Shown here: one piece after another, positions 32,973-44,700 of the stretch
Position numbering within the stretch: the stretch's first letter is position 1
Layout of the letters: each line of letters starts with the position of its first letter
Assembly (NCBI GenBank): GCA_041741095.1
Contig: JBGSKQ010000080.1
Span: 15,850 to 79,849, forward strand
Length of the DNA: 64,000 bases
Direction of reading: 5' to 3'
From: Saprospiraceae bacterium
GTDB taxonomy: Bacteria; Bacteroidota; Bacteroidia; Chitinophagales; Saprospiraceae
Made by a program: the position numbers and the translations under genes
The notes under the pieces: generated by a model
Databases searched by the model: none
Told to the model about the DNA's origin: nothing
Seen by the model: only the letters and a program-made list of their open reading frames with translations

Positions 32973-35360
32973 TTATTTTCTAATGATCGCTACATCGCCC
33001 TCGAAAATTTCCTTTCTGCCGTCTGCATATTCCACTTCGGCCCAATACACGAATACAGCCGGATCCATAAACCTGCCATTGAACCTGCCGTCCCAGCCTA
33101 TTTGTTCCTTATTAGGTTGGAAATCATGTTTTTCAAACATCTTTTCCCCCCAGCGGTCAAATACCATAAGGGTGTTCACTTGCTTCACCGAACGGTCGGT
33201 GTACACCGTAAAAAAGTCGTTGATGTTGTCGTTGTTGGGCGAGAATGCATTGGGGATGTAAACGGCATCCGACTTTTCGACGATAATCCTCAGGTAATCC
33301 CTGGCATCGCAGCCGTTTTTGTCCACAATCCTGGCGGTTACAGTGGTAGTGTAGTAAATGTTGTTGATCCAAGGCTCCATGCAATCCGTACAGGACAGGA
33401 ATTCTGGTTGCTGCCAATTGATGTAAAAAGAATCGAGCAGGTTGGTCAGGGCCTGTACCTGTGTGCTGTCGCCCAAATCAAGAAAAATATCCGGGCCCAA
33501 CTCCAACAGCACCTCCTCTGGTTGGTCAATAAAAAAAGTTGTGTCAAACATGCACCCGAATGTATCCAAAACTTCCAGGGTATAATTGCCAGGGGGCATC
33601 CGCACATAGTCGGCTACATTCTGCCACTCGCCTCCATTGAGCGAAAACTGATAGGGTGGCGTACCGCCTACCACATTTTCGATAAAAAACTCTGCATCGT
33701 CGGCGCCATAGCAAGAAACAGGCCTTCCATCGCTGAGCAGTGACTCCGGCCCTGGCACTATTTCAATCACTACTGAATCGCTCAATTCACAGCCGTCCGG
33801 GTGCATCAATGTCACTTTCACTTGTACCGTCGTATCCGGTGAAAATTGCCGGACAGGGCCGCTGCCGCCATCGTCCCAGATGTACAGGCACTGATCGCAG
33901 GCAGGCACGGTAGCGTCCACTTCCACATATTCGTCACGGCAAACCTTTGGCAAATCATCCAGCACTGGGCCAGGGAAACCGCATCCTGTGCGCAAAACCC
34001 AAAAGTCGTTGGCGCCCCTGCTGTCTTCCGATTTGTAGGGCGGACTAATACCGGAAGCAGATATGCCTGCCATGATGTAACCATAGCCATGCGCACGGGC
34101 AATGTGCTCAAATTTGTCGGCTTGGGTGCCTCCCAGCGATTCGTCCCAAAGTTTATTTCCAGAGGGATCTAAGAACAAAACCCAACTATCACTGACACCT
34201 ATGAGTTCCGAACTTTTATTGCCCACGCCGGATATAGAATCGGGCAGCGAGAATGACACCCCTACGGCCATATAATAGCCTATTGGATTCTGGGCGGCGG
34301 CATAGCCGATGTCAGCCGATTGGCCGCCGTACCTTTTGTCCCAGTTGATACCGCCGGAGTCGTTGATGCTAATAAACCAAGCGTCCCGTTGCCCAAACCC
34401 GCTTTGTGAAACTGAATGGCCGCTCAGCAGGTAGCTGTTGCCGGAGGCGGTCAAAATATCGTTGCAGGAGTCCTCGTTGTCGCCCCCAAAGCTCCTTTGC
34501 CAAAGGATGTTTCCAAAATCGTCAATACGGACGACCCAATAGTCATTCAGGCCAAAAAGTGGCGATGTTTTATCTAAACCAATCGGAGAGGTTGATTGCC
34601 CCGCCAGGATGAAACCGCCGCCATGGGCTATTTCGGCATCGTTCAAAATATCTTCGCCGCTGCCACCGATGGTTTTATCCCACAGCACATTGCCCAGGGC
34701 ATCTATCCTGACGACCCAAAAATCATTGTTTCCCCTTGAGTTTTCGCTTTTTTCAAAACCAATATCAGAATTGGAATGCCCTGCCAGCAAATAGCCTGAT
34801 CCATCGGGTATGGGCAAGATGACCCTTATCAAATCGCTGTCAACACCGCCGAAAGTTTTTTCCCATTCCACATTGCCCAAGGGATCGGTTTTGATGAGCC
34901 AGGCGTCAATTACGCCCCGTAGTTGCTCGGAATGGTCCTCCCATTTGTTTGATCGGGACTCGCCGCCTAAAATAAACCCTCCGTCAGGAGCCTGCCTTAT
35001 TTCCCAGAGCCTGTCCTCCGCATCGCCGCCCAAGCGTTTTTCCCATTCCATGATGCCGCTTCCATTGGTTTTTATCAACCAAAAGTCACCGGTACGGGTG
35101 GGCCATTCCACGGTATCTTTAGTGACAGTGGAAATCTCCGTGCCCGAGGCTGGGTTAAGGGTATTGGTAAAACCGCCAAATATATAGCCGCCATCATCGG
35201 TCAGTGAAATGGCATTAACTTCTTCGTAGCCAATGCCGCCGTAAGTATGTTCCCATTCTATGGTAAGTTGCGCAAAGGAGGGGTTCGGTAGGAGTAGCCA
35301 CCCGAAAAACAAAAAAAAGGATGTTGAGGACCAAATGCATTTTTGGTAGTGTGGGTTCAT
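32973..35360 (-). CDS. T9SS type B sorting domain-containing protein with N-terminal propeller-like repeats
   Basis: There are about 9 repeats of the pattern GG...D......DGG(Y/F)ILAG.S.S.........G..D.W(V/L)(V/I)(R/K)(I/T)D..GN..W(D/E)K. One SprB-like repeat follows (GGTPPYQFSLNGGEWQ). The C-terminal tail is VYIPNAFSPNNDNINDFFTVY...FDRWGEKMF...WDGRF. Confidence 0.85.
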   Translation of the reverse strand: MNPHYQKCIWSSTSFFLFFGWLLLPNPSFAQLTIEWEHTYGGIGYEEVNAISLTDDGGYIFGGFTNTLNPASGTEISTVTKDTVEWPTRTGDFWLIKTNGSGIMEWEKRLGGDAEDRLWEIRQAPDGGFILGGESRSNKWEDHSEQLRGVIDAWLIKTDPLGNVEWEKTFGGVDSDLIRVILPIPDGSGYLLAGHSNSDIGFEKSENSRGNNDFWVVRIDALGNVLWDKTIGGSGEDILNDAEIAHGGGFILAGQSTSPIGLDKTSPLFGLNDYWVVRIDDFGNILWQRSFGGDNEDSCNDILTASGNSYLLSGHSVSQSGFGQRDAWFISINDSGGINWDKRYGGQSADIGYAAAQNPIGYYMAVGVSFSLPDSISGVGNKSSELIGVSDSWVLFLDPSGNKLWDESLGGTQADKFEHIARAHGYGYIMAGISASGISPPYKSEDSRGANDFWVLRTGCGFPGPVLDDLPKVCRDEYVEVDATVPACDQCLYIWDDGGSGPVRQFSPDTTVQVKVTLMHPDGCELSDSVVIEIVPGPESLLSDGRPVSCYGADDAEFFIENVVGGTPPYQFSLNGGEWQNVADYVRMPPGNYTLEVLDTFGCMFDTTFFIDQPEEVLLELGPDIFLDLGDSTQVQALTNLLDSFYINWQQPEFLSCTDCMEPWINNIYYTTTVTARIVDKNGCDARDYLRIIVEKSDAVYIPNAFSPNNDNINDFFTVYTDRSVKQVNTLMVFDRWGEKMFEKHDFQPNKEQIGWDGRFNGRFMDPAVFVYWAEVEYADGRKEIFEGDVAIIRK

Positions 35361-35547
35361 AGGTTTAATGTTTGCTAAAAGCAGTGTTTGTTTGCTTGTG
35401 AATAGTCAATTATCAGTGATGCGCAATGTTTGATGAGGGGGTATGGGCGGGGGCAGCAAACAGATTCGATTGGTGTGTAGGATGTCCTTTTTTGGAAAAG
35501 TGGCCTAAAGGTAGGGTGGAATGAAGAGTATTCCAAAAATCATCAAC

Positions 35548-35586
35548 AAAAAAAGTCCGGCAATGTGCATTGCCGGACTTTTTTTG
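35548..35586. terminator. bidirectional intrinsic terminator (12-bp perfect stem flanked by A7 and T7)
   Basis: AAAAAAA-GTCCGGCAATG-tg-CATTGCCGGAC-TTTTTTT lies 11 nt downstream of the SBP-OmpA stop on the minus strand. Confidence 0.8.
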
Positions 35587-35596
35587 TTGGAAAAAT

Positions 35597-37159
35597 CTAC
35601 TCACGCACAAGTTCAAAATCAGTCCGGCGGTTTTTGGCTTTGCCTGCGTCTGTGGTGTTGGGGCCAACTGGATTGTCCGGCCCATTCCCTACAACGATGA
35701 AACGGTTGCGTGGCATCCCATGTTCGCTCACCAGGTAATCCCGGACGGCCTCAGCCCTTTTTTGCGATAGGGCGACATTGCTTTCCCGCTTGCCCACATC
35801 ATCTGTATTGCCTTCGATGCGGATGCGGGCATTGGCAAAAGCCTTGGCTATTTCTACAAATTCTTTATCAATTATGTACTTGGCATTTTCGTCCAATTGG
35901 AATTCGCCCGAACGGAAATTGATGCTCACTCGCTTGGTAGCAATAGCCTCTTTTTCCGAACCTTCCTGCTTGGTTACTTCCGTGAAAGTTTTTTGTGCTT
36001 CGGCATCGTTGGCACCGCCGCTCAGGTTAGTGCCTTTCACGGCTGCCGAATAGGCGATTTCCCGCCAGGTGGGCACCCTTCCTTCGATAAAGCCCAGATC
36101 AGCATACACCTGCGACATACGTCCATAGAGGCGGTCGCCCGTCACGCCTTTAAAGTCTGGGTTCAAACCATAAAAATTCAAGTTGTCGCCATGCGTGGCC
36201 AGGCGCACGTTGTTGATGGCCTTGTAGGCCCATTCTTCGCTCACGCCCTCGAAGTTTTCGGACAAAATTTTGGCGGCTTTGCGTTTGTTGCCATCATTGG
36301 AATTGATTTCAGCAGCGCCTTTCATCCAGCCTTCGTACAGTTGTTGCAACTGCCTGGCATGGCTTTCTGCCCAAGATTTTTTGGCAATGAAAACGTCGGC
36401 GATGATGTTGGAGGCAGACTTTGTGCTTTCCAAAATCCTCGATCCGGCCACCGCTGAAAGACATGCCTCATCGTCCGGGCTCCACACCACGGCGGCATCC
36501 ACCTGTTGTGCCTTAAAAGCTTCGGCGGCGTCAATGGCGCTGGCCTGTGCCACTACTTGCACATCTTTTACCGTCAAACCACCTGCATCCAACAACCATA
36601 GCAGGAACGAATGAGAGGGCGTCAATTCGGCCACCGCTATTTTTTTTCCTTTCAAATCGGCCACATTGGTAATGCCCCTGCGCACCACAATGGCGTCGCC
36701 GCCCCTCGACCAGTCGGCCTGGAAGACAACCTGTGGTTCGATGTCGGACATGGCGCCCGCCTCGGTCGGGAAGGCATCAATGGTGGCCCAAAGCAGGTCC
36801 ACGTCGCCCCGCTTGAAAGCATCACGGCTGGCGTTGAAGTCGTCTAAAACTTTAAAATCCACCTGAAAACCGTAGTCTTTGAAAAAACGTGAGTTTTTAT
36901 TGGCCTTAAAGCCTTCGTTGTAATATTGGCCCCCGGCGTAGCCGCCCCAGGTCACCACGCCAATTTTAATGGCGTCGGAAGGTACATCTGAACTGCTGTT
37001 GTCGGCATTGCTGTCGGTTTGGCCGTTCGAGTCGGATTTATTGAGCAGGTCTTTGCCGGCATCGGTGTTTTTCAGTAGCCAACGGCCACCTAAAACAACC
37101 ACAGCCACAATCAATAGGGTAATGATTAGTTTTGAAAAAGGAGTTAGTCTGGATGCCAT
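35597..37159 (-). CDS. ABC transporter substrate-binding domain (NMT1/SsuA-like) fused to a C-terminal OmpA-family domain
   Basis: N-terminal TM/signal anchor (LIITLLIVAVVVLGG). The periplasmic-binding-like core is about 330 aa. The C-terminal OmpA_C segment is IRIEGNTDDVGKRESNVALSQKRAEAVRDYL...NRRTDFELV. Confidence 0.8.
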   Translation of the reverse strand: MASRLTPFSKLIITLLIVAVVVLGGRWLLKNTDAGKDLLNKSDSNGQTDSNADNSSSDVPSDAIKIGVVTWGGYAGGQYYNEGFKANKNSRFFKDYGFQVDFKVLDDFNASRDAFKRGDVDLLWATIDAFPTEAGAMSDIEPQVVFQADWSRGGDAIVVRRGITNVADLKGKKIAVAELTPSHSFLLWLLDAGGLTVKDVQVVAQASAIDAAEAFKAQQVDAAVVWSPDDEACLSAVAGSRILESTKSASNIIADVFIAKKSWAESHARQLQQLYEGWMKGAAEINSNDGNKRKAAKILSENFEGVSEEWAYKAINNVRLATHGDNLNFYGLNPDFKGVTGDRLYGRMSQVYADLGFIEGRVPTWREIAYSAAVKGTNLSGGANDAEAQKTFTEVTKQEGSEKEAIATKRVSINFRSGEFQLDENAKYIIDKEFVEIAKAFANARIRIEGNTDDVGKRESNVALSQKRAEAVRDYLVSEHGMPRNRFIVVGNGPDNPVGPNTTDAGKAKNRRTDFELVRE

Positions 37160-37225
37160 TTTGTTTGATTATGAATCTTTGAACTATGAACTTTAAATGA
37201 TGAATGGGCAGGATGTGCGGGCGCC

Positions 37226-37255
37226 GTTCATCATTCATCGTTCATCGTTCATCAT
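37226..37255. repeat. tandem heptamers TTCATCR (about 4 copies) with an upstream inverted partner
   Basis: GTTCATC ATTCATC GTTCATC GTTCATC ATT. AATGATGAATGG (37196-37207) can pair with CCGTTCATCATT (37224-37235) through one G-U pair. Confidence 0.75.
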
Positions 37256-37267
37256 TTTAATAAAGTC

Positions 37268-38290
37268 TTATTCAAAGAAACTGTCATACTGGTTGCGGTG
37301 CCCGGCCCTTTCAGGCACTTTGATGGGTTCGTTTAGGTCCAGCACTTCGTTGTCGTCATGGGCCTGTTGGATAAGGGCTGCTTTTTCGGTGCCGAGCAGT
37401 TTGGAGAAGGATTCTTTTTCCCATTTTTCCAACATCTCCAAGCCTTCTTCCTCGAATACGCCGTTTTGCAGGTCTATGCTGTCCATAAAGCTGGCAGACA
37501 CCTCCATGAAGCGCTCCATTTCGCCAACTTTTTGGCTGACATCTTCTGCCACGGCCTCCAGTGCTTCGTCGAACATGGCCCGCTTGTCCTTGTCGCCCTT
37601 GATGACGCTCATGGCCGAGCGCATGGCAGAATTGGAGGCGTGGATGGCTTTGCGTTCCTGTTCTTTCAGTTCTACCTGATCTTTGATGTCTTCCATCAAA
37701 ATTTCAGAGTTCTCGTACATGCGCTTGAGTACCCTGTACAGCACTTCCATTTTGTTGTATAGTTCGTCCAGGCGTATATTCGATTCTTTCAATCGGCCCG
37801 CCTTGCGGGATTTAAGCACCATCATGGCCTGGTTGTTCTGGTCTTTTGCACGGCTGGCCAGTTCGAGATTGCTCTGTATTTCCTTTTTGTTGTTGACAAT
37901 GATTTCCTGCAATTGGTGCATTTGGCCCCGCAATTTATTCATCTGCTTGTTCATGTTGCGCAGATTGTCCTGCAGGCTTTCCACATAGCTTTTCAATATG
38001 CCGATGGGATCAATTTGCACAAACAAACCCGTCATCCAGCGCATAAAACTCTTGTAGCTGTAGCCAATCAAAGCCCGCATTTTCGGGTCGAGTATCACAT
38101 AAATCAGCCCGGCCAGGGCCATTAGCATCAGGGTTAAATACACTGCATTTTGAGCCAGCGCAATCAGAAACGGCAAACCTGTCACAAGCAAAAAACCACC
38201 ACCGATCAGGACGGCTGCCAAAAAAATCATCCCGGTCACGCCTTCTGGGCGCTTCCAAAATGTTTTTGGTTTAAAATCATTCATTTCCAT
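37268..38290 (-). CDS. membrane-anchored coiled-coil protein (PspA/IM30-like?)
   Basis: Two N-terminal TM spans are followed by about 230 aa of heptad-rich sequence (ILKSYVESLQDNLRNMNKQMNKLRGQMHQLQEII...). The family call is tentative. Confidence 0.4.
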   Translation of the reverse strand: MEMNDFKPKTFWKRPEGVTGMIFLAAVLIGGGFLLVTGLPFLIALAQNAVYLTLMLMALAGLIYVILDPKMRALIGYSYKSFMRWMTGLFVQIDPIGILKSYVESLQDNLRNMNKQMNKLRGQMHQLQEIIVNNKKEIQSNLELASRAKDQNNQAMMVLKSRKAGRLKESNIRLDELYNKMEVLYRVLKRMYENSEILMEDIKDQVELKEQERKAIHASNSAMRSAMSVIKGDKDKRAMFDEALEAVAEDVSQKVGEMERFMEVSASFMDSIDLQNGVFEEEGLEMLEKWEKESFSKLLGTEKAALIQQAHDDNEVLDLNEPIKVPERAGHRNQYDSFFE

Positions 38291-38326
38291 CGTTATTCCA
38301 CTTTGCAGATGATGAAACCACCTTTC

Positions 38327-38518
38327 TTATTTAAAAAAATATTTAAAAACCTTAACTATTAAAAACACAAATAACCCTATTACTGCCAAGAGCATGAAAA
38401 GTGAAAATGCATTTATTGCCCCACTTATCATAACGGGCAAAAAAGCATAGAAAAAATAAAAACATCCTGCAATTATGATAAGCAGGGTGATAACTCCGAC
38501 AAGTTTGCGGTTTTTCAT
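38327..38518 (-). CDS. small hypothetical membrane protein (2 TM)
   Basis: 63-aa ORF that is almost entirely hydrophobic (VITLLIIIAGCFYFFYAFLPVMI... LLAVIGLFVFLIV). Its coding status is unverified. Confidence 0.35.
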   Translation of the reverse strand: MKNRKLVGVITLLIIIAGCFYFFYAFLPVMISGAINAFSLFMLLAVIGLFVFLIVKVFKYFFK

Positions 38519-38628
38519 GTCTTTAGGGTATTGATGCTCAAGGTATTCGCAACATTACCTCATTTTTTTCAAAGCAATGGTGCAGTTGCGAATTTTACAC
38601 AAAAGAAGATAAATCCCTGATATTCTGC

Positions 38629-38668
38629 AAAAAATTAAAAAACCGGAAGCCAATTGCCCCCGGTTTTT
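38629..38668 (-). terminator. intrinsic terminator downstream of the giant adhesin gene
   Basis: On the minus strand, AACCGG-gggcaattggctt-CCGGTT is followed by TTTTAATTTTTT. Confidence 0.6.
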
Positions 38669-38705
38669 CAATCCCAAACCCTTTATCGAATTTCAAATCC
38701 AATTT

Positions 38706-41700
38706 TTATCGGACCAGTGTCACATCCCCTTCAAACAAAACCTCTTCGCCGTCCACAAACTCAATAACGGCAAACCAGACGAACACGGCTGGATTGAGGC
38801 TCTGTTGCCTGTATGTTCCGTCCCAGCCATAAACCGGATCATTGGGCAAGAAATTATAGTATTGGTGTACGGTTTCCCCCCATCGGTCGAACACGAGGAA
38901 TTCCTTCACCTTCACGGCCTCCTGCCCCGTGTATATCATGAAAACATCGTTCGAGCCATCGCCATTGGGCGAAAAGCTGTTCGGGACGTAAACGTGCCTT
39001 TCTTTTTTTACAAAAACCGTCAGGTCGTCGCTCGAACGGCAGCCGTTGGTGTCTATCACTGTCACTTCCACGAATGTTTGCTGGGTAGGTTCAAACGCCA
39101 TTTCATCGCAGGGCATTCCGTCGCAGTCCATCATGTCGGAAGGCGTCCACAGTATCGTATCCAATTGCGAGGGCGGCAGGTTGTAAATTACCTGCAAAGT
39201 GGCGGTTTCGCCCAAATCTAATACCAGATCGGTGCCCAGTTCCACGTTCAATTGTTCCGGCTCCGGCACATATACTATTTCCGACCAGGTGCATCCCTGT
39301 CCATCCGTCACCAATAGCTGGTAGTTGCCGGGGGCAAGCGGAGCGAAGAAATTATTGCTGCCATTGCTTTGGCCATCCAGGGCATACTGGTAAGGCCCAT
39401 TGGCAGGATCGGTTTCTACAGTAATAGCACCGTTTTCATCGCCAAAACAAGTAGGTGCTGATATGGTTAGTTCCCCTTGTGGCTCATTGCTGTATTGAAA
39501 AACTTCCACATCATCGGAGTCCGTGCAGAAATTGCCTAAATCGGTCACGGTCAGCGTATAAATCCCGTTTGTATTGACCGTGATGAAAGGCGAATTTGGG
39601 TTGCTAATTAAAATAGCCGGGTTGTCCGCCGACCACTCATAAGCCACTCCCGCTGAGCCGTTCCCTGTCAATTCGACTGGTGTTTGAAGGCAATCCAGCG
39701 TTTGGTCCGGCCCGGCCTCCACGGCTGGCAAAGTGAAATCGCCCGATATCGTCACCGCTTCTCCATTTTCGCAACCATTGGGCGCAATACCCAGCAGATA
39801 ATAGGTACCTGGTGCTGTTGCTACAAAACTGTTTCCGCTGCCGAGCAAAACCGTGTCAACCCCATTGATACTTGCCCAAGTGAACTGGACACCGCTAATA
39901 TCCGAACTGCCGCTGAGGGTGGTCGAAGTGACGAGGCAGTTCAGTTCCTGCGGCTGATTGATGGTGATGATAGGCGGGAAATCCGTATTATCGCTGATAG
40001 TGATAGAGGTGGTGTCGGCACAAGCTGTGAGTGGATCAAAAGCGATCAGTTCGTACATGCCGCCCACGTCCACCACCAAGCTGCCATTGGTTGAAACAGG
40101 GACGCCATTTTCCAACCAAACAAAACTCAAGTTGGGGGAACCCGTGCCTGTACCAGTCAAAATAATCTGTGAAATGGTGCAGTCCAGCAGTTCGCCGGGG
40201 GAGGAGGTGATGCTGGCTTCCACTACCATGCTTTGATCCTCCACTTCCACCGTAGCCGTGCCGCTGCAGCCGTTCGCAGTGACTGTCAAGGTGTAAAAAC
40301 CTGCCGCCCCGGCTTGTATGTTCGCTTGCGAAGGGTTGCCAAGAATTTCACCACCATTGGTCACCCAACTGAAAGTTGAACCAGCCAAGTTGGAGCCACC
40401 CGTCAAATCCGTTTGTGAAACAAGGCAATTCAGCGGTGCTGGCTGCACGATGCTCGCCTGTGGTATTTCATAAAAAACAATGGGCGTACCGACAGAAACC
40501 TGCGTACAGGCATCCCCCAAAATCACATTGCCCACTGCGTCAGCGCCGCCCGCCGCAACAGAGATATAGTAAGTGGATCCATAATCCATCAGGGCCGCAT
40601 CAAAACAGAAGGTAGGATTGTCGCTGCGCTCAATCTCATTGACGATGGTATTGCCATTGCCTTCGTGCAAAATGTATTGCAGCACATCGTCTGGGTCGAG
40701 GTACTGGCCGAGCGGGCTGTAAGTGGCCGTTTGGCAGCCGTCGCCACAAAGGGAAAGGGTCGCCGTGCCCATTGTGCCAATGGCCGTCACGCAATCGTTA
40801 GGGGTTATGGTGAAACTGCAGGTGGATGGGCAGCCATTGGCATCCGTTACTTGCACTGCATAGCCGCCTTCGCTAAGGTTATTTAGGTCAAAAACGCCCG
40901 CTTGCAAATTCGTCTGCGAACCGCCCGGCGTCCATGTAACAGAATATGGCGCTGTGCCTCCTGAAATATCCACACTGCCGCTGCCATCGGAAGCGCCCGG
41001 CAAGCTGACATTGCTGGTGGCATTGCTAACCAATTGTACCGCAGAGGCTGGTTGTACGATACTAAAATTGGCTGTTCCCGTGCAGCCGGAGGCATCCGTC
41101 ACCAACACGCTGTAATCACCCGCCGACAAGGCCGTTGGGTCTTCGGGGTTTCCAGTAATGGCGGGTGACCATTCAAATTGGTAAGGAGCGGTGCCGCCAC
41201 TCGCCGTCAGATTGATAGAACCGTCGTTTTCATCAAAACAAAGGATGTCTTGCGAAGTGCCACTAACGGCAATTGTTGCCTGATCATCGTCAATGGCAAA
41301 TGAAGCGGATGCGGTACAATTGCCGCCGTCGCTCACCGTCACGGTGTAGCTGCCTGATAGTTGGCCCGTGAGGTCTTCCGTTGTTTCGCCATTTGACCAT
41401 AAATAAGAATAAATGCCGTTGGGCGAAACAGTCAAATCAACGCCGCCATTGCCACCAACACAAAGGGTATTGGACGAGGCCAAGCCATTGATTGTGAAGG
41501 TGTTGCTGTTGTTGGGCACACTGTAGCTGGCCGTGGCGGAACAACCGTTGGCGGCCGTAACGGCCACATCATAAGTACCTGAAAGGATGCCACTCAAATC
41601 TTCCGTTATTTCACCATTTGACCATAAAAAACTGTAAGGCGATGAGCCGCCATTGATGGTCAAATCAATGCCGCCGTTGGCTGCGGCGCAGATGGAAGCC

Positions 41701-44700
41701 GTGATATTTTCCGAAATAATAGGCTCATCTGGATTGTCGGCAACTGAAAATGTGGCCGTAGCCGAGCAACTGCCGCCAGCGCTCACGGTTACTTCATAAT
41801 CGCCGCCGGGCAGTGCATTCAGGTCTTCTGTCGCTTCGCCATTTGACCATAAAAAAGTGTAAACTCCGGCAGGCGTCACGCCGATATCCACGCTGCCGTT
41901 TCCACTGGTACAGGCTGTATTTTCAACGGCCACACCCGTGATAGAAATGGCCGTGGTGTTGTTGCCTATGGTAAAATTGGCGCTCGAAGCACAGCCGTTG
42001 GCCCCGGTCACCTCCACAGAATAATCTCCGGCAGGCTGACCAGTGAGATCTTCAGAATTTGCTCCGTTTGACCAAACAAAAGAAAACGGGCCAACGCCAC
42101 CACTGATGGTCAAATCAATTGCCCCGTTATTTTCTCCGCAGATGGCAGAGGTGATGGTCTGCGAAATAACTGGATCGGCGGTGGTACTGCTGACGGTAAA
42201 GGAGGCTTCGGCAGTGCAATTGCCCCCGGCGCTCACAGTGACGGCGTAACTGCCGCCAGCGAGGCCGCTCAGGTCTTCCGTTGTTTCTCCATTTGACCAA
42301 AGAATGTCGTAAGTGCCTGAGGGCGAGATGCTTAAATCAATGCTGCCATTGTTGTTTCCGCAAAGGGTATTGGCGGCTGTGCTGCCGTCGAGCGTAATAT
42401 TTACACTGTTATCTGGCACTGTCGCAGAAGCCGTTGTGCTACAGCCGTTTGTCCCTGTGATGGTGACGTTGAAAACGCCTGCCGAAAGGCCGGATAGGTC
42501 TTCGCTGCTTTGGCTATTTGACCAAATGAAGGTGTAGGGCGCTGTGCCGCCGCTCACGGTCAGGTCAATGGTGCCGTCGCTTTGACCACAAATTTCATCT
42601 GTGACGGTTTGGGTGGTTGTTGGCGAAGCGGTTTGGTCATCAATGGTAAATGTAGCAGAAGCGGAGCAGGTGCCCAAAGCCGTGACTGTCACCGTGTAGC
42701 TGCCAACGGAAAGGCTGTCGAGGTCTTCCGTTGTTTCTCCATTTGACCAAACAATGTCGTAAGTGCCTGATGGCGTGACGCTTAAGTCTATGTTGCCATT
42801 GTCAAAATTACAAGTGTTGATGGGCTGCGCTATGCCATCCACTGTAAAATTGGAACTGTTGTTTGGCACGCTGAAGCTCGCCGTTGCGGAGCATCCATTG
42901 CCGCCGCTCACGGTTACTTCATAATTGCCAGGGGCAATGTTGGCGAGGTCCTCGCTGGTAGCGCCGTTTGACCAAATAAAAGAATAGGGTGGGGCAGCGC
43001 CCGAAACGCTTAGGTCAATGCCGCCGTTGCTTTCCCCGCAAATGGCTGCTGTGATGCTTTCCGAAATTTGTGGGTTTTGAACATCGTCGCCCACGGTAAC
43101 TGAGGCGGTCGCCGTGCAAAAATTGGCGTCGGTGACAGTGGCGCTATAGTCACCTGGGGCGATATTGCTGAGGTCTTCCGAGGTAGCGCCATTTGACCAT
43201 AAAAAGCTGTAAGGCCCGGTGCCATCCGTGGCGGTTGCGTTGATGCTGCCGTTGTTTTGGCCGCAGGTGGCCGCAGTTGGCGCCAGGGCCAAATCGGGCG
43301 GCGTGGTGAATTCAAATACTTGAAAATCAGCCACCTGTGTACAAGAGCCGCCCGCACTCACGGTGACGGTGTATATGCCAGCCGGGACATCTATAATGAA
43401 AGTGGACGTTTCGCCATTTGACCATAAATAAGTATAGCTGCCGGGTGGCGTGACGGTCGTTTGCACGGAACCATTGGGCGTGGAGCAAGAACTGTTTCCA
43501 GTGGCGATGCCCGTCACGCTGAAGGTCGCATTGTTGTTGGGGATGGTGACGCTGGCATTGGAAATGCAGCCCGCCGCCGAGGTGACGACCACGGAATAGG
43601 TGCCGGCCAGGACGCCGCTCAGGTCTTCGGAAACTGCGCCGTTTGTCCATGAGATTTCGTAAGGTGCCACGCCGCCCGTGATGGTGAGGTCGGCTGCGCC
43701 ATTGGGCAAATCACAGGTGGAGGCGGTTGGCGAGATGGACAAACTGGGGGCACCGCTATTGTCCGGTACGGTAAAATTGGAAATGGATGAACAGGAACCT
43801 CCACCGCTCACCGTGACGGAATATGTGCCAGGCGACAAGTCGAAAATGTCTTCCGTTGTTTCGCCATTTGACCATAATATGTCCAGCCCAGCGGGTGTGA
43901 TGCTCAAGTTGATAGAGCCGTTTCCATCGGTACAGGAGGTATTGGGCGTAATGGCCTCTGTGATGTTGATAGGAATAACATCATTGGGGACGGTGACATT
44001 GGTAACATTGGAACAGCCATTGCCCCCGGTAACGGTGACGGAATAGCTGCCCGCCGGCACGTCGAAGATGATTTGACCTGTTTCGCCATTTGACCATAAA
44101 TAAGTGAAAGGCGCTACCCCGCCGCTGGTGATGACGGTAGCCGATCCATTGCTCAAGCCGCATGAGGCAGCATCAAAAGTAGTGGTCAAAGAAGGCAGGT
44201 TGGGGTTGTCGGGAACTATGAAAGTGCCTGTCTGGGTGCAGGCGCCACCAGCGCTCACCGTGACGCTGTAGGAGCCAGGGGCAAGGTTGCTGAGGCTTGT
44301 GTTCGTTGAGCCGTTTGACCAAATATAATCGTAAGTGCCTGGTGGGCTTACATTGATACTAATGCTGCCATCATAGCTGCCCGGCAAGCAGGAGGTATTG
44401 GGTAAAATGGTGGGGTTGATGGTCAAGGTCACGCTGTTGTCAGGCACTGTAAATGCAGCCGTTTCCGAACAGCCATTGGCACCTGTCACGGTGACGGAAT
44501 AGCTCCCGGCGAGTACCCCGTTTTGATCTTCATTGGTGACGCCGTTCGACCAAAGAAAGGTGTATGGTGGAATTCCCCCATTGACGTTCAAATCAATTTC
44601 ACCGTTCAATTGCCCGCAAGTGGAGGGGGTAATAAAAGAGGAAAGCAGGGGCAAAATTGGCTGGTCAAATACGGTAAAAGTGGCCGTGCCGGTACAAGAA

